Below, in pieces: positions 44,862 through 58,900 of a stretch of 64,000 bases of DNA. Source of the stretch: Lama guanicoe (Eukaryota); contig MU054220.1 in NCBI GenBank assembly GCA_013239625.1, positions 2,231,374 to 2,295,373 on the forward strand. Reading direction: 5' to 3'. Position numbers and translations under genes: made by a program. Below the pieces are notes generated by a model. It saw nothing but the letters and a program-made list of their open reading frames with translations. It did no database searches and was not told where the DNA came from. How positions within the stretch are numbered: the stretch's first letter is position 1; every line of letters starts with the position of its first letter.

Positions 44862-46996
44862 GAAAATCTCTTGAATACATTGTAAAGTATAGCTCCATAT
44901 TTCCAAATAAAGTAGGCTGGAGGAGGGGGAGGGGCTCTCCCACCTGGAGACAGGTGATGGTCCCAGCCCTACCCCGGGGGTGCTGCGGGGGTCAGTCTAG
45001 GGCTCATACCTTTCATTGTACAGGGCTGAGGGGCAAGGGCCGGCCTTGACAGTTGTTCTGCTCCTCCCAGGCTCAGCTCAAAAGTCAGGGCTCAGCCTCC
45101 CTGGCCTCTCACTGATGGGGTCCTGAAGAAAGGCTGCTGCCTGCAGAGGCCAACAATAAGGAATCAAAGAGGAAAATGGCTAACAGGCCTTTTCACATTT
45201 GGCCTTGGAAGGAGGGCAGAGGCTGAGATACTGGGGTGAGGTAGGGGTGGGGGTAATCAATAACTTAGCAGGACCTTCAGTGGGGCCTTGGGGGTAAACC
45301 TGGATTGGTTTAGCAGGCCATGGTATGCTCTGGCCCAAGTCAGGTGGGTCAGTTGGACACCACTCCTGGGAACACTTCTTTGCGGCAGCAGGATGTGCAG
45401 AGGTAGGGCTCAGCCCGACTGAGACAGCATCAGAGCTGACCCCAGCCCTCAGAGATCAGCCTCACAGGTGGGGACAATGTCATATGCATTTACTAACAAG
45501 CAACTGAGGGCCACCTGCTCTGCTGCAGAACAGCTGCTGCCAGTGAAGACCCCAGGTGGGCCAGGAGGAGTGGGGTGGGCCTTGTTTTCCTTGGCTGTGA
45601 CTACCAGTTAGGCTGCGAGGAACAGATGGTCAGTGGGTGAGGCCAGGCCCTTGACTTGCAAGTAACAATTCCTGAAGGGTTAAGTCAATTGTATGCCCAG
45701 CTGTGGTTTCTCAACAAGAAACCAATCCAATCAGTAAACCTCAGGGGGGGTTAAAGAAAGGTGGTGGCCAGGCCCAGGCAGGAGGAAAGGCCCATTACCC
45801 AGCTCTGAGAAACAGGAACAAGTGTCCCAAGAGGAGGGGCCTGTCTGGCCTTCCCCGGGGCCGCAGCGGGACACACAAAATGCCCCTTGAGCACGGCATG
45901 TGGCACAACTCTGAGGAGTCATCACATTTCACACCCGAGACTTCCTGGGCTGCCAGAACAGCGTCAGTCATTTGGGAGAAGCTGGGAGAGAGATTCCAGG
46001 CTCTTGTCAGGAATATGGACGTGTCCAGGGTAGAGCCCGTTGTCAGTTCAAATGCAGCGATTCTGGGAGGTTCTGTTGCCCTCAGCCAGCTCCATTCTTG
46101 GATCCCACCTTATATATATACGGGAAGGAAGATCCTCAGAGCAGCAAACCCGAATCTGAGGAACCTCCATGGGAGGAGATGCTGCCCCAGGAAGAGGCCC
46201 TCCACCTTCCCCAAGTGAAAACATCTAACCTCAAACATATTTTCTCTATAAAATATCTGATTTCTCTGAAAGTAATAAATATTTACCATGTTCTATAACC
46301 AAGGAGCAGCAACAGGGGGAGGAAGGAGAGGATAGAGAAGAACCTTTGCTGTGACTCCAATGACAGAATCCTAGAGACTCAGGATTCTGTTTCCATGTAG
46401 CTGAGCACAGGCAGCCACCAGGGCTGCTCGGATGGGCTGGCACAGCCTTCAAAGGTGGGAACGGCTGACTTTAGAGTTCCCATCATCTTGGGCAGGAGGC
46501 CTGCCATATTGCCAAAAATACAGGCACGGGGCAGAGAGAGAGAGGAAGAAGATACCAGAACTAAAGGAGAAAAAAAAAGACCTAAAGGGGCCCTTCCTTC
46601 CTCCCTCCCCCTGGCACTGTCTCCTTCCTCTTTCTGCCTCCACACCAGTCCCTGGGCTACCAGCTGGAATGTCAAATGGCTGATGGTGAGGGGCCAGCTG
46701 CAGGGCAAACCCGGAGCAGGGGGCCGGCAGGAGGAGCAGACTGACAGCCTTCGTGAAGCAGTTGCCCAAGGCGGTGTAAGCAGAGGGCCCTCCCTGTTGA
46801 AGGAGGCCAAAGGGTGAGTCCTCTTAAATGTTATCACGGGCTTTCACTGCTGCCATGAGTCTCCCTGTGGGGGAAACCAGCCTCCCTTCCACCTGGCTTG
46901 GAGCAGGATGAGGGATGGGAGCAGCTGACGAGTGGAAGGCTCTGTCTCCTGGGATCACAAAAAGGGGAGGCTGCTGGTACTCGAGGACACCAACTT

Positions 46997-49900
46997 TTAC
47001 TGCAGAGTTTCTACAAAGGCATCAAATTCTCGGACATTCTTCTCGTGCACAGCCAGCTTCTCTGGTAGTGAGTCCTGTACCGGGAGGGGAAAGAAAAGCT
47101 GCTTATTCAGGCAGGGCCTTGAAGTCAGCCGTCACCCAGGCTGAACAGAGTGCGGCAGAGCCTGGCTCGGCAGCACTGGGCCGGAGAGCCGAGCGCCGAG
47201 CAGGCACCGGCCAGTGGTCGTCTGTCCACCAGGCGACAGTGGGGGCTGGGGAGGTGAACAGAACAGCCTAGGAAATCCAAGCAGGCCACACACACAATGA
47301 GACAGAAAAGGACCAGGCCAACAAGAGGATGACACAGAGAAATTCAACGTTGAAATATCTCTGGCACAGATTAGACGGACACTAGAATACAACAGTAGGT
47401 TTAGACCCCTACAAATTCAGAAAGTTTACGAATGATTTCTTCATAGCCTGTGTGGGGCAGGCATCAGAATCCCCTGGGGGCACACGAACAAGGCCGTCCC
47501 AGTCACACTCCCAAGAGACTGTGACTCAGTGGGTCTGTGGTGAGGCCAAGGAATCTGCTGCGTCTTCACACCAGCTGAGGAGGGGGTGGGTTAGAGGGGG
47601 TTGAGAGAGAATGAAAAAGAGAAGACAACAGAACCACAAGGAGTTAAGTTTAACTGCCCTCAGGTATCAACTGTTAATTAAAATTTGGCCCTAATCAGGT
47701 GGTCTGTCTCCACTGATGGATGAATCCGCACCTCTGAAGAGTTCAACCATCGCAGAAGACGTCCTGATGGGCACTAGGTACCTGGCAGAGGTGGGACGCT
47801 CTCCTGCCACAGGACTTACAAAGTGACCCAGACACACCAGATGCCTGGGCAGGTTTGGGAGACCGGGGCAATGGGCCAGTACTGGCAGCAGCATCACGTC
47901 GAGAGCCTTTGGACTCCAGTTCCTTCCAAGCACATTTCAAACAAGAGGCCAGGGAATCAGTGTTTAAAAGCCTAAAATCAGAAGCGGGAATGTCTGGAAT
48001 CAAAAGTTTTGTTTTGCCAGCTTGGTGTAACCACCAGCAAGTTATTTGTTCTCAGTGTCAGTTTTCTCATCTGTAAACCGCGATAATAAGAAAACCTACC
48101 TCATGAAGATTCATGAGAAAAAGGCTTGGCACCTAGAAAGCCTCAAAAAATCTTACTACTACTAATGACATTATTACTGCATTGTGACTATTACTGAGCA
48201 TGCTTCTCTGTCCAAAGCAAATCAAGGCAGCTATTCCTAGATTACTATTCCTAGAGCCATTCCTCTGATTTCAATATAGGAGGCGATGTTCCCACCTCAG
48301 GCAGAGAGACCCTTACATCTGACTGTGCGGCTGTGCAGGGCGCTCCTCTGCCCTTCAGAGGCAGGAAACAGGAAATGCCCTAAACAGGGATGTGGCAATT
48401 ACAGTCAGTATCAGGACATCTGGTTTAACACAAGCAGCAGAGAACGAGCTCTCTGAGGGAAGGGCAAAAACACCAACACGCTGGGCCTTCCACCTCTTCT
48501 GGTCTGTACCATGGCGTCAGCCTGGCAAGCTTAACAGCTGATGGCAAGAGCTGTTGGAGCAGCCTGGCTCTGCAGCATCAGCAAGTAGGAGACATAGGGC
48601 ACCAAACAGGAGTGTGTGAGAAATGCCGCTAGAGTGCAGAGAAAATGAGGAAGTGAGCACAAGCAAATTCAAGATAATGACTGCCAGACACGACGCAAAT
48701 CTCAAGTGCGATCACAGGAAGATCATGGTCTAAAAGTGTCCTGTAACAGGGAAGATGGGCCGTGGCAGGGTGGTAAGGAACAGGAAGAAATTTACAGGCC
48801 TCTAGGGCAGGAATGACAATCAAAGGGGGAAGGGAGGTCAGAGGATGAGGTGTGTGGGGAAGGGGTTTCCATACCAAGTCCTCAGCCATGGACTGTGCCC
48901 CAATATCTATGGAGAGGCTGCTCAGCTGAGGCGGGTTCTGAAATTCACGATAGAAGGTCCCCAAGTCCATCGGAAGAATGTCATCTTTAGAAAAAGCTGG
49001 TTTCTTAAAAAACAAGACAGATTCAAGTTTAGTTTGCCTTGGACCACAGAGAAAAATCTGAGGGCATAAGCTATTAACAACCCTCTTTCCTTCCGGTAGT
49101 TATCAAAGAAAAAGTTCCTCTAGGTTTATCTTGGAGAGAGGAATCTTTACACCTCTCCCTTCTGGGCAGCTGAATTAATCCTGGTGATGACTCCCCTCTC
49201 CCCTGGGTGGGTTTAGGTCCCTTTCCTTCACACTCCTTTCAGACACAAAGGCTATCCATTCACAAATAGGACCTGTGCGGATACCATTGGAAAATCCCAT
49301 TTCAAGTTGAATTTCAACCAAAGACAAGACATAAAATGCCTTACTGCTCATGGGCCTCCAAATGTCTCCCCAAGCAGGGTATGAAGGCAGGTTCCCCACT
49401 TAAAATGCACAGCCAGCACCCGCTGCCCCATTCCCTCTGTCTATACTGGCCCATCTGACCCTGTGAAGGAAGAAGTCCTGTTCCAGTGCAATGGATGCTT
49501 CCAGGTTAATCTCCCTGGAAGCAGCAAAGGTCAGGAAGGTGATATCAACTTACAAAGTCGATCATAACAAAGTCGTCCTGGGTGTTGCCACTGCTGCCCC
49601 CACTGGAGCCATCAGACAGCAGGCTGCCCTGGAGAGGAGATGTAGTCTCTGGGGAATCTGGAGGATTCACCTGTTCCAGAATAAGGCAGAGGTAGGGGCT
49701 GGCTCTGTGCACTGGCTGCAAATACATGAGCCAAGGGGCATGGCTAATGGTCTGTGGAGGAATACTGACTCGCCCAGCAAGGACGACGACTCCAGCACTA
49801 CCTCCCTGCAAAGTCCACTTTAGTCCACCAGGGACTCACCATGGGATCGGCGTCCTCCAGCTCCACATTCTTAGGAGCAAACATGGCAAAAGGTATGTCC

Positions 49901-52900
49901 AAACTGGTCAGGGTCACCTGATGAGACAGGGGAGAAAGTATCAGTCCCCCTCACCACCCCCACCCCAGCCTGTGTGCTTCATTAGAGGCCACCAGAAGCC
50001 TGGAGGTCCAGCAAGTTTGCACACCCAGGCTCCTGTCTTGTTGCAGACCCCACCCCCAACAATCTCCTCTGCCTCCCACCAAATGCCCACAGCATCAACA
50101 GGGGTGAAGGCTCCCTAGGACCTGGGGACTCAGCTCTGGAAGTCTGACTAACAGTAGTTCAGTAACAACTGTTCTTCACTGGCAGAAGTGAGGTGGAACC
50201 TCCTAGGTCAAGTTAAGCTGAGGCAATGACACTTCAGTGCCATGTGTCTGCACTAAATGGCATAGTCTCCCTCAACTATGTGATCACAGAGCAGTAGTTC
50301 TTAATTTCTTCTGGAGGGATGTCACAGGTTATTAACTCTCTTCAAATAAATTCATGCAGTTGTGCATGTACCCACACATACACAAACAACTCTGCATGTG
50401 ATTTCAGTGGTTCCACTATCCCAGGTAAGGCCTTACTCTAAGGGCTCAGATATTCTCACAGGTGTCAGGGGCAGAAAAATCACCTGGTTGATGGGTTTGT
50501 TGACAAAAGCCCCCACTTTCCGGACAAAGATGGTCTCCAAGACGTCATGGGGGGAGGCTCGTCCCTCACTGCTGTTTGATACAGTTTCAGTATCCTCGCT
50601 AGAGAAGAAAGGTAATGTTGGTACTCATTCTCAAACCACAGCAGAACTTACTTCATTCCCCAGAAATCTGTCTTGCGGGGCTGCAGCCTAGGGTGGGGGT
50701 TGCCCCTCACCCGCCCACCTCATGGGGAATGGCAAAATGCAGGCTGGCTGCTGCCACTGTCACCCTCCTATGTGAGTTGAGAGGAGAGGACTGCATTTCC
50801 TGGAAACAACCAAAAATTACACATATGTGAATAAAACCTAGTGTTACAATTGTGTGAAGACTGCATAAAATTAATTTTTAATACCAATGATAAGCATCAG
50901 TCACTGTGCAAACATATAGGCAAGCAGCTCTTATAAATAACTGTAATTTTATATTAATCTATTACATACATAGCCAGACTCAAGATTGTAGCTTTTCCCT
51001 GTCTTCTTTTTGTTTTGTTATCTAAAGATACTGTAAGACTGCATAGCTTACAGTACAATATTAAATTTAAGCCTTACCTCACAAAGGATGTTGCCATTAT
51101 TCCAAGTCCAGAGTCCAAAATTTGACTCCTTAGATAGCCAGAGCATTCTCCACCCATGACAGTTTGTCTGGGTTGAGGTCCTCTGTGCTCCATACCATAT
51201 TTCCTCCCCCATCTTCCCCCCAGTCATCCCTCTGTTCAGCAAGGTCTTTCAACACCACATTCGATTTGGCTGCTCTCATTCCCTCCCTGCAGACTGATAC
51301 TGAGTCCTGGATGATGGGGGGCTCCAAGCAGCAGAAACAAGGGCCCTTACTGTGGCTGCCAGACTAGTAGTCACAGCCCTGCAAGCAGCAGAGGATGGGA
51401 AAGTCCAAAAGCAGGGGCTCAAGATGGGGAAGAACTGTGCCGTCCAAGTGGCCTCTGGACTCCAGCCAGCAGGGAGGACCAGCACTAAGGAAAGGCCTAA
51501 GCTCTGACAACCTACCCCTACACAGGGTCTTTTCTTCAGCTACTCCTGGTCATGACCCAGGATTCAAGGCTCAGAACACCAGAGTGTAAAATGGCTAAAA
51601 GGATCCTCCTTTGATTATGTAACAGGGGGAGGGACAAGAGGATGGAAGTTTGGGGAGCCAGGAATGAAAGTAATTACTTTTCCTGATGGATGGCACAAAA
51701 ATATCTTCCCAAACAATCCCCCTCCCACCACTCCACTGTGGGAATGGAAAAAACCCCAGGAATTTCTATTATCTGAAAGTTCACTTAGGATGTGGTGGGG
51801 CAATCAACGTCATTATCTCTGGGGCCCTCCATGTAAGGGAGGGCAGAGCAGGGTAGGGCAGCCGCAGCTTCCCACAGAACTCCAAGTGTAATGGAAAGAG
51901 CCAGCAGGGGCTTTGCAGTCTGAGGAGCTGGGCTTGTGCCCGGCCATTTTGTGAGCTAATTGCTCTCTTAGGCAAATTACTTAGTCCTTCTGAGACCCTC
52001 TTTTAAAAGGAAGTAACAATGGTGATTTTTGCAGGGTGGGATTATGGGAACTTTCATTTTCCACATAATGTCTTCAAAATTAGAATTTTCCAGACTATAT
52101 CACTTCTGTAAACATAAAAGACAAAAGTTTTTTTTTTAATTTTAATGAAAAATAGTTGTTTCTAAAGAATAGCTGTTTCTAAAGAATTATAAACATAGTA
52201 GAAAAAGAAAAATCAATCCTAACCTCCACCACAGATACACCGTGACCTTGGACGTCAGGCTTACAGTTAACAACACCCTTGTTCTGGTTTCGGGAAACAC
52301 TGAGGACGCCGCCAAGGGAAGTAAACTTGGGGTAAGGGAAAAACATCTGAAAAACACCTTCACCGGATGAGAGGATGAAGAGCCAAGCAAGCCCTTGTTG
52401 TTTGCTGTTGGTAGCAGTGCCCAGAGCCAGCATCTTCATGTACCAGCTGCAATGTAAGATTTTCATCGGGCATTTTAAGGATTCCACATTTACCACGCAA
52501 ATGTCAAGCCTGAGCCAATGCTGAAAGCTACTCTTTACTGATACTAAATAAGCACGTGTCAGGGAGGACAGGCCCCCTGGCTGATCTGAACAGTGGCAGA
52601 GCCAAGACGTGAACTCACCTGCTGGAAGGTGTGGCAGCACAGTGGGCGCCATCAGAAGGGGTGCAGGTTGCCACCCTCTCCTGGTCAGCTTGGGTACCAT
52701 GGGCAGGCTGGTTGGGAGCAAGTGGTACCCCACCTTCCTTCCCCGGAACCATTAGCTTTGTAGAGAAATGAAAAAAACACCATGAATCATGGCAGTACCA
52801 TGTAGAAGAGGAAACACAGCCTAGCATGAAGGTATCCGCTCTCCAGCTTTTCCATCACCAATGCTGCCACCAAGTGGGCAGGAAACCTTGGAAATCTTTA

Positions 52901-55900
52901 TCCTCTGGGACTCAGTTAATGGGAGACATGCAAGGTAAGCACTAGAGAGGAAAAAGAGAGGGAGAAAACACTCGGGAAGCTCTTCTAAGAGGCCTCCTCC
53001 TCTCAGAGTCACCTTAGTTTTTCAAAGTTACAGCAGAGCTTTGCTTCGGAACACTTAGAATAATACTGATGTCTCAAGAGGCCCCTCAACTGCATCCGGG
53101 AAAGGGAGGCAGCACAGGAACCCCCAGTGTCCTCCCCATCTTTAAAGATACCTGGTGAGGGTGTGTGGCATTTAAGCCAGCAGCAAACACTACTGGATAA
53201 GCCAGGTCAGCTGATCCAACGCCCAGGGCAGCAGGCTGATAGGAAAGGCGAGAGCTTGAGAGCTAAGCAAGAGAAAAACAGAGAGGGGCAGAGGAAAGGA
53301 GGAGGGAAAAATAGGCAACCCTAGAGTATGGCTAGTGATCAAGATCAGTAGAGAGGTAAGGAATGGACCCCAACCCACATCCTCACAGTGTGAGAGGCCT
53401 GATGTAAGGGCCAAAGACTGACCAGGCCGTTACTCTGTAAATAAGAAAACAAGACTGGACTGCAGTGGGATTAAGATTCCCAGCACTGTGCCTTCCTAAG
53501 GCTTCAAATGAGTTCCTTGCTCCCCCTTTTCCCAGGGGCTCAGCTAACTGTTTCGGTTTCCATCTCAGCAGATCCGTGAAGCCCAAGCCTGGGCAGAATT
53601 TGGAGCCAAAGTCATCAGATTTTTCCCAGGTCATTCTATTTTCTCCTTTGAACATGAGGCCTCTTTGAAACAGAAAGCTTTTTCCTAATCATACCCTCTA
53701 TTACCACTGAGTTTGGGAGGGTAACTATTTATATTAAAAAATAAAGAATACCACTCTTGAACGGTTTATTTGGAAATAAGATATAAACAACTCCATGTAT
53801 TTTTCACATCAATGGTAGGAGGAGGGGCAAATGACAAATCCTATTTTGGGCTGCTGTGCTATGGCTGTATCCTGTTAAAAATCAATTACCACGCCTCAAA
53901 ATAACCCACAGAATACTTGGGGATATTTAAATAGCTGTACCTTGTACTTTATTTACAGTTTTTAAATAAAAAGATGTCATATGATTACATCCCCTTCTTC
54001 CCAGAATGAACTCACTTGATGGGAAAAGGCCAGTCCTGCCATGGGGACCCTCAGGGTGTCCGTCACCACAGGAGGAGGGGTCTGAAAATGTGCCTTTGTG
54101 ACAGTAAACACACACTGTGCACAGATACACACAGAGACAGGAGAAACAAGAGAAGAAAAAAGAACAGGGACTTGAGAAAGAAGTGAAAAAACTCCGGAAG
54201 GGGCAGCAGCAATCGGGGCTTAAAAGTATAAAATGGACATTAGGAGGGAAACAGGGAGAAAGCTGCCCAGCTGCTTTCCCACAAGGACCGCTTGGAAGGA
54301 TGTGAAGAAGAGATGTTTATCCCCGGTACTCTGCTGCCTGCCTGTCTCCCTGATGAGCAGGTGGAAGACAAAGCTGAGTCACGCTGCTATAACTTGGTGA
54401 ACAGGGAAACCTGAACCAAGTATTAGTCTGTCTTTAGTCAAAAGAGGGTGGGAGGATGTTAGAGAACAGTCTCCAACAGGAAACACCTAAGAACCAACGC
54501 AGGGTGTGAGGAGCAGGAATGAAGACACTGAAGTTAAGATGCTAGACTGAAAATCTTTTCCTGGGGACCCAGAATCTGCAGGGACAAATTGAAACAGTTG
54601 ACATTTGTTGGCTGGAACTTTAAAATGCTCAGGTACCCAGCTGCAAACTTTCCTCCATCCTCCCAGGGAGGATGAGTGTGCGTATGCAGGTGTAGGTATT
54701 GGGGTGTGCGTGTGCACGCTGCTATAGTCCCTGCTGGTGTAGGAGAACTTGACGGGGCATTTTCAAGACTCGTGAAATTCAAAGCTAATTATGGGCATGA
54801 TGATTGTTTTGGGTCTTCCTGTTCCATCTTTAAGTCTTGCCAATTAACTAATTAGTGCTTAGAATTGGAGGTAGGACCTTAAGTCCCAGTAGCAGGTTCA
54901 AGGTCACAACTATTTCCTGACTCAACTCTGAGCCCAAATGACACAATGATCCTTATTTTGTTGGCAAAACAAACAGTCCATCAACATGTATTTACTGGAT
55001 TCTAGCAAAAGCTCAAATAGAAGTTGTTGAACAATTACGCAACTTCCTAGGTTAAACCAAAGAAGAAACTATTTCAGTATTTACAGGTGGCAAATGATTT
55101 TTCTGTGTTCTACCATCAAGATTTAAAATGAGTATTTCTGCACCAAACTGTACCAGCCTTGATTAGAGGTGCTCCAGCAGTAGTGAGTGACAGGGTTCAC
55201 CCACAGGCTGCTCAGTATTGATGCACATCTTGGAGAGATCGTGACAAGACACCAAGGGTACCTGATACCATGAAAAATACAGGCTCTCCTTACACAGGTA
55301 AACAAACATTTTTTGCAAACATCAGGTACAGAAACTACTTAACTTCCCTTTATTCTGGGGGTTGGGTCAAACTTCCAGTGTATCAAAGAAAGAGACAAAT
55401 TGATTTGTTAAGGCCCGGTCTCACCATCCCTCATACCTCCCAAGTTTATTTACTGTGTATGAATTTATCAATTGTAAAACAAAATAAAACTGTTTAATGA
55501 ACATTAAATGACATTCACATTTTGATTATCTAAAAACTTTACTCACTAATGTGTGCTAGTAAGAAAATGTACTGCCCCCTTTGTTTTTTGGTCAAGATTG
55601 CTGTCTGTCTGCAAGTGTACCAGAAGCTACCCGCCCCCAGTTCAATGGCGACACCCATGCCTACATATATTAATAGGGGGATGGGACTAACAATTCTCAC
55701 ATCCCGAGACCAAACTGTCTAGGCAACTTTACAGTTAAGAATCTCTTCAGCTCTAAACTGGGACAACAGAACTCAGTGATGTGTGGATTTTGTAAAGTCC
55801 TTCATATAAAAATTAGCTTTTGTGCCTAACTTCTGCTTTTAAAACAAATTAGAACTATGCTTTTAATTCAGTATCCAACAACCCAGGATGGAATAAATTT

Positions 55901-58900
55901 TAATTTTTTCTTTTTTTAAAAAACATAGAAAATAAAAATGTATGGAGAGCTAATGAAGTTGTTGGGTCTCCCAAATAAGATGATGAAAAGGGATAATCCA
56001 GTGCTCGATTAAAGAAAGTAGAACTGACTTAAGTCTACAAGAAACTATCCAATGTGAAAGCAAAGAGGAGTGAAATAACAGAGATGATGGGCAGGCAGAG
56101 TAGAAGATGAATGACTTGGGGTGAAAGGGAAGGAACGTGCCCTGAAATTCAGACAGCTGGCAAAAATGATGCTTTATCTGAAGTAGTCTCGGTATGATGT
56201 TCCTCATACAACAAGGCCACACAGGCACTTCACATTGTTTGGAGCTTGTGTTTTATTGAAACTGGATTGGACACTGCAGATGGACTCAAGTGGAAAAGTT
56301 AATGGTTAAAAATATTCAGAGAGAGAATGCAGATAGGCAGATATCCGTGTTAACTATTAAGTAAAACTGCACTGCTGGTGTCCTACTGGCAAAATTTTAT
56401 GCTAAATAATCATGAGCTCCTTTTATGCTCATTCTATTATTAGAAACCATATATATCATTTCATGAAAGAAGTAGCTACCAAATGAGCAGGTATAAGTTA
56501 GAGTACCTCTCTGGTACCAGAATGCATTTTTGATTTTCTAGGAATTTTCCATGACCAATTTTCTAGGGAATTCTAAGATGTCCCCAGGAAGGTAAGTAAA
56601 TCTTTTAGGTTAAGAATGGCTACAGAGACACTGCTCTAGGAAGTATACCCAGTGTTCTCCTTATTTGCTGGAAGTAATAAATCCTTCTTTTTCTCTCTCT
56701 CCACCCCAAAAGATAGAAAGAAAGAATTCTTGGAATGTTACCTGCTGGGTAAGAAGGCATTCCTCATCCCTCAAAATAATCCCCTTGAAATAATCACCAC
56801 CACCACCACCACCACCACCACCAAAAGAGATTGTATCTAAATTTTGACATCATTTCATAAGACCCGTATGTGTACCAAATAACTACCGCCACCCCGGAAT
56901 CTGCTTCCCCCTACCTGGGATGGAGGGGAGGTGGAAAAAGAGGTGGTACACACTTCTTGAGAATCTTCCACAGAAGGATATGTTACTCCAGTGTCCTCAC
57001 TGGTGGGTCTATAGTGAGTGGAAAAGAAATTATGAACTGACTGACGACAGTTAACTTCAGAAAAGATACAAAGAGAGGTTAGATAAGGATGCAAGCTGTG
57101 GCAAGAATTGTTTCAGGCGGAGCCCCTAATGGCAAGAGAGGCATTTTGAGTCCTTGATAATTTCAAACATTTCCAGAAAGCAGCATATAGAGGTTGCCAG
57201 TGGCTTTTTTTTTTTTTTAAAAAAAACCCAAACACTTTACCTGAAATATCATTCCAGCGTATTTTCTTAAGCCTGGCTAGTACTGGGGCCAAAAAATTAT
57301 CAGCAGTAGAGAACGTAGTGAAACAAATGTCTAGACTTCAAAGACAAAACCTATCCAACTTTATGAGTCCTTCACAGAAAGGCAGTATCTTTCCTGATAT
57401 ACATTTATTTCCATCACTAGAGAATTCTGTTTTCTGGGATCTAGGCCTGGAGATATTTGATTCTGATGTACAACTGAACTGTGCCAATGGTGACCTGAAA
57501 AGCATTTAATTTACAAAGGACATTCTACAAATGACTGCCACTCTTAAGTCTCTTAAGTAAAATCAAATCATTACTGTCAAGATTCAAAGTATCCAAGAAC
57601 TTTCTGAGACTTGATACACCCTAAGTCTTGGTGTACCTTATAGGTAGCAGCAAGAATGACAGCTAGCCACTCTGTTTCTCTCCATGTGGGGTCTCCATCA
57701 GTGAGTGCTGATAAGGATGCTCTATGTACCTGTGCAAGATGGATGCTTTTGCCTACCTGCAGTTTGGGGAAAACGTCATTCACAGTCCTCACCTGTAATT
57801 GCAGGGGTGCATGGGCGAGGAGCTGGGATACGGACGGTCCACAAAGTGATCAATGATAATCCCCATGATAGGTGGGGTCCTCTCAAAGTGCCTGTAATGC
57901 AGCAGGAAAATTGCCATATTTGTTAGAATGCCTTGTCAGCCCCCCTGAGGTCCTCAGAGGGCCCCTTCTCACCTTCTACCTATTGGCAGGAACCAAAGAG
58001 CCTTAACTATCACATCCCTAAACATAAACCACCAACTCTACATTGGCTCTGGGACACTCAGTCTCCTCAGTCTGGAAACTGGACTCTCAGTTTAACTCTT
58101 TTGCAATGGCAAAGCTCAACTGTAAGCTTAGCCACCGGGTTTGGAGGAAGAAAACTTTACTATCTTTAGAAGAGTTCTGTTGGATTCCAAAGCATTTTCC
58201 TCACCTGGTGGACATGAATGCCAAGTTAATTCTGTAAGCACAAGAAAGAGTTATGGTGCCCACAGGGGTGCCCACGGTCCCAACACGAACTGTCTGGAAA
58301 CCTAGGAGAAGAGATAAATAATTAGCTTTTTTTTCCAGAGAGTACTGACACTGCCCCCGGTCTGTCTTTCCGTGAATCATTCCATCTGCTGTACAATCTC
58401 TGGCATTATCCACTTAGCACCTTGAGTGCAGCAGCATAAATTTCATACCTATGTGTATGTATGTATATATTTTTTTCTTTCAATTTATTCTGTATTAACC
58501 TAATATTGTCAGGGGAAACAGCATTTCCAGATAAAACTACCTTCAGAGAGATAAAACGATTGTTGGTCCTAAAGCTTAAGCAAGTCCTAACCAACCCTGC
58601 CTAGATGTGCCACAAGTATAGGCACAGCAGAGGGGCATGAGGAGTTTCTCACATAAATTTAGGAAGTACACACACTCCCACCCAAACTGCCACCCTGGAG
58701 CTAAGCACAGAAAAGAGCCAGGGCCTTACAAGGTATTTCCAACAAAGCTTCCTGGTTTTTGTGGTTTCATTTCCAATTTTTCAAAACTGTTGATACTCAT
58801 CAGAAACATTTAACATGCTCGTTGTAGAAAATTAGGAAAATAGACAATTGTACAAAGAGTGAGAAATAATAGAGTTACTGGAACTTTGGGAAAAATTAGT

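Noticed and set aside
45703..46837. ORFs of 100-170 aa within the ATG13 3'UTR, both strands
   Set aside because: No recognisable domain, mostly non-ATG starts and low-complexity composition; expected by chance.
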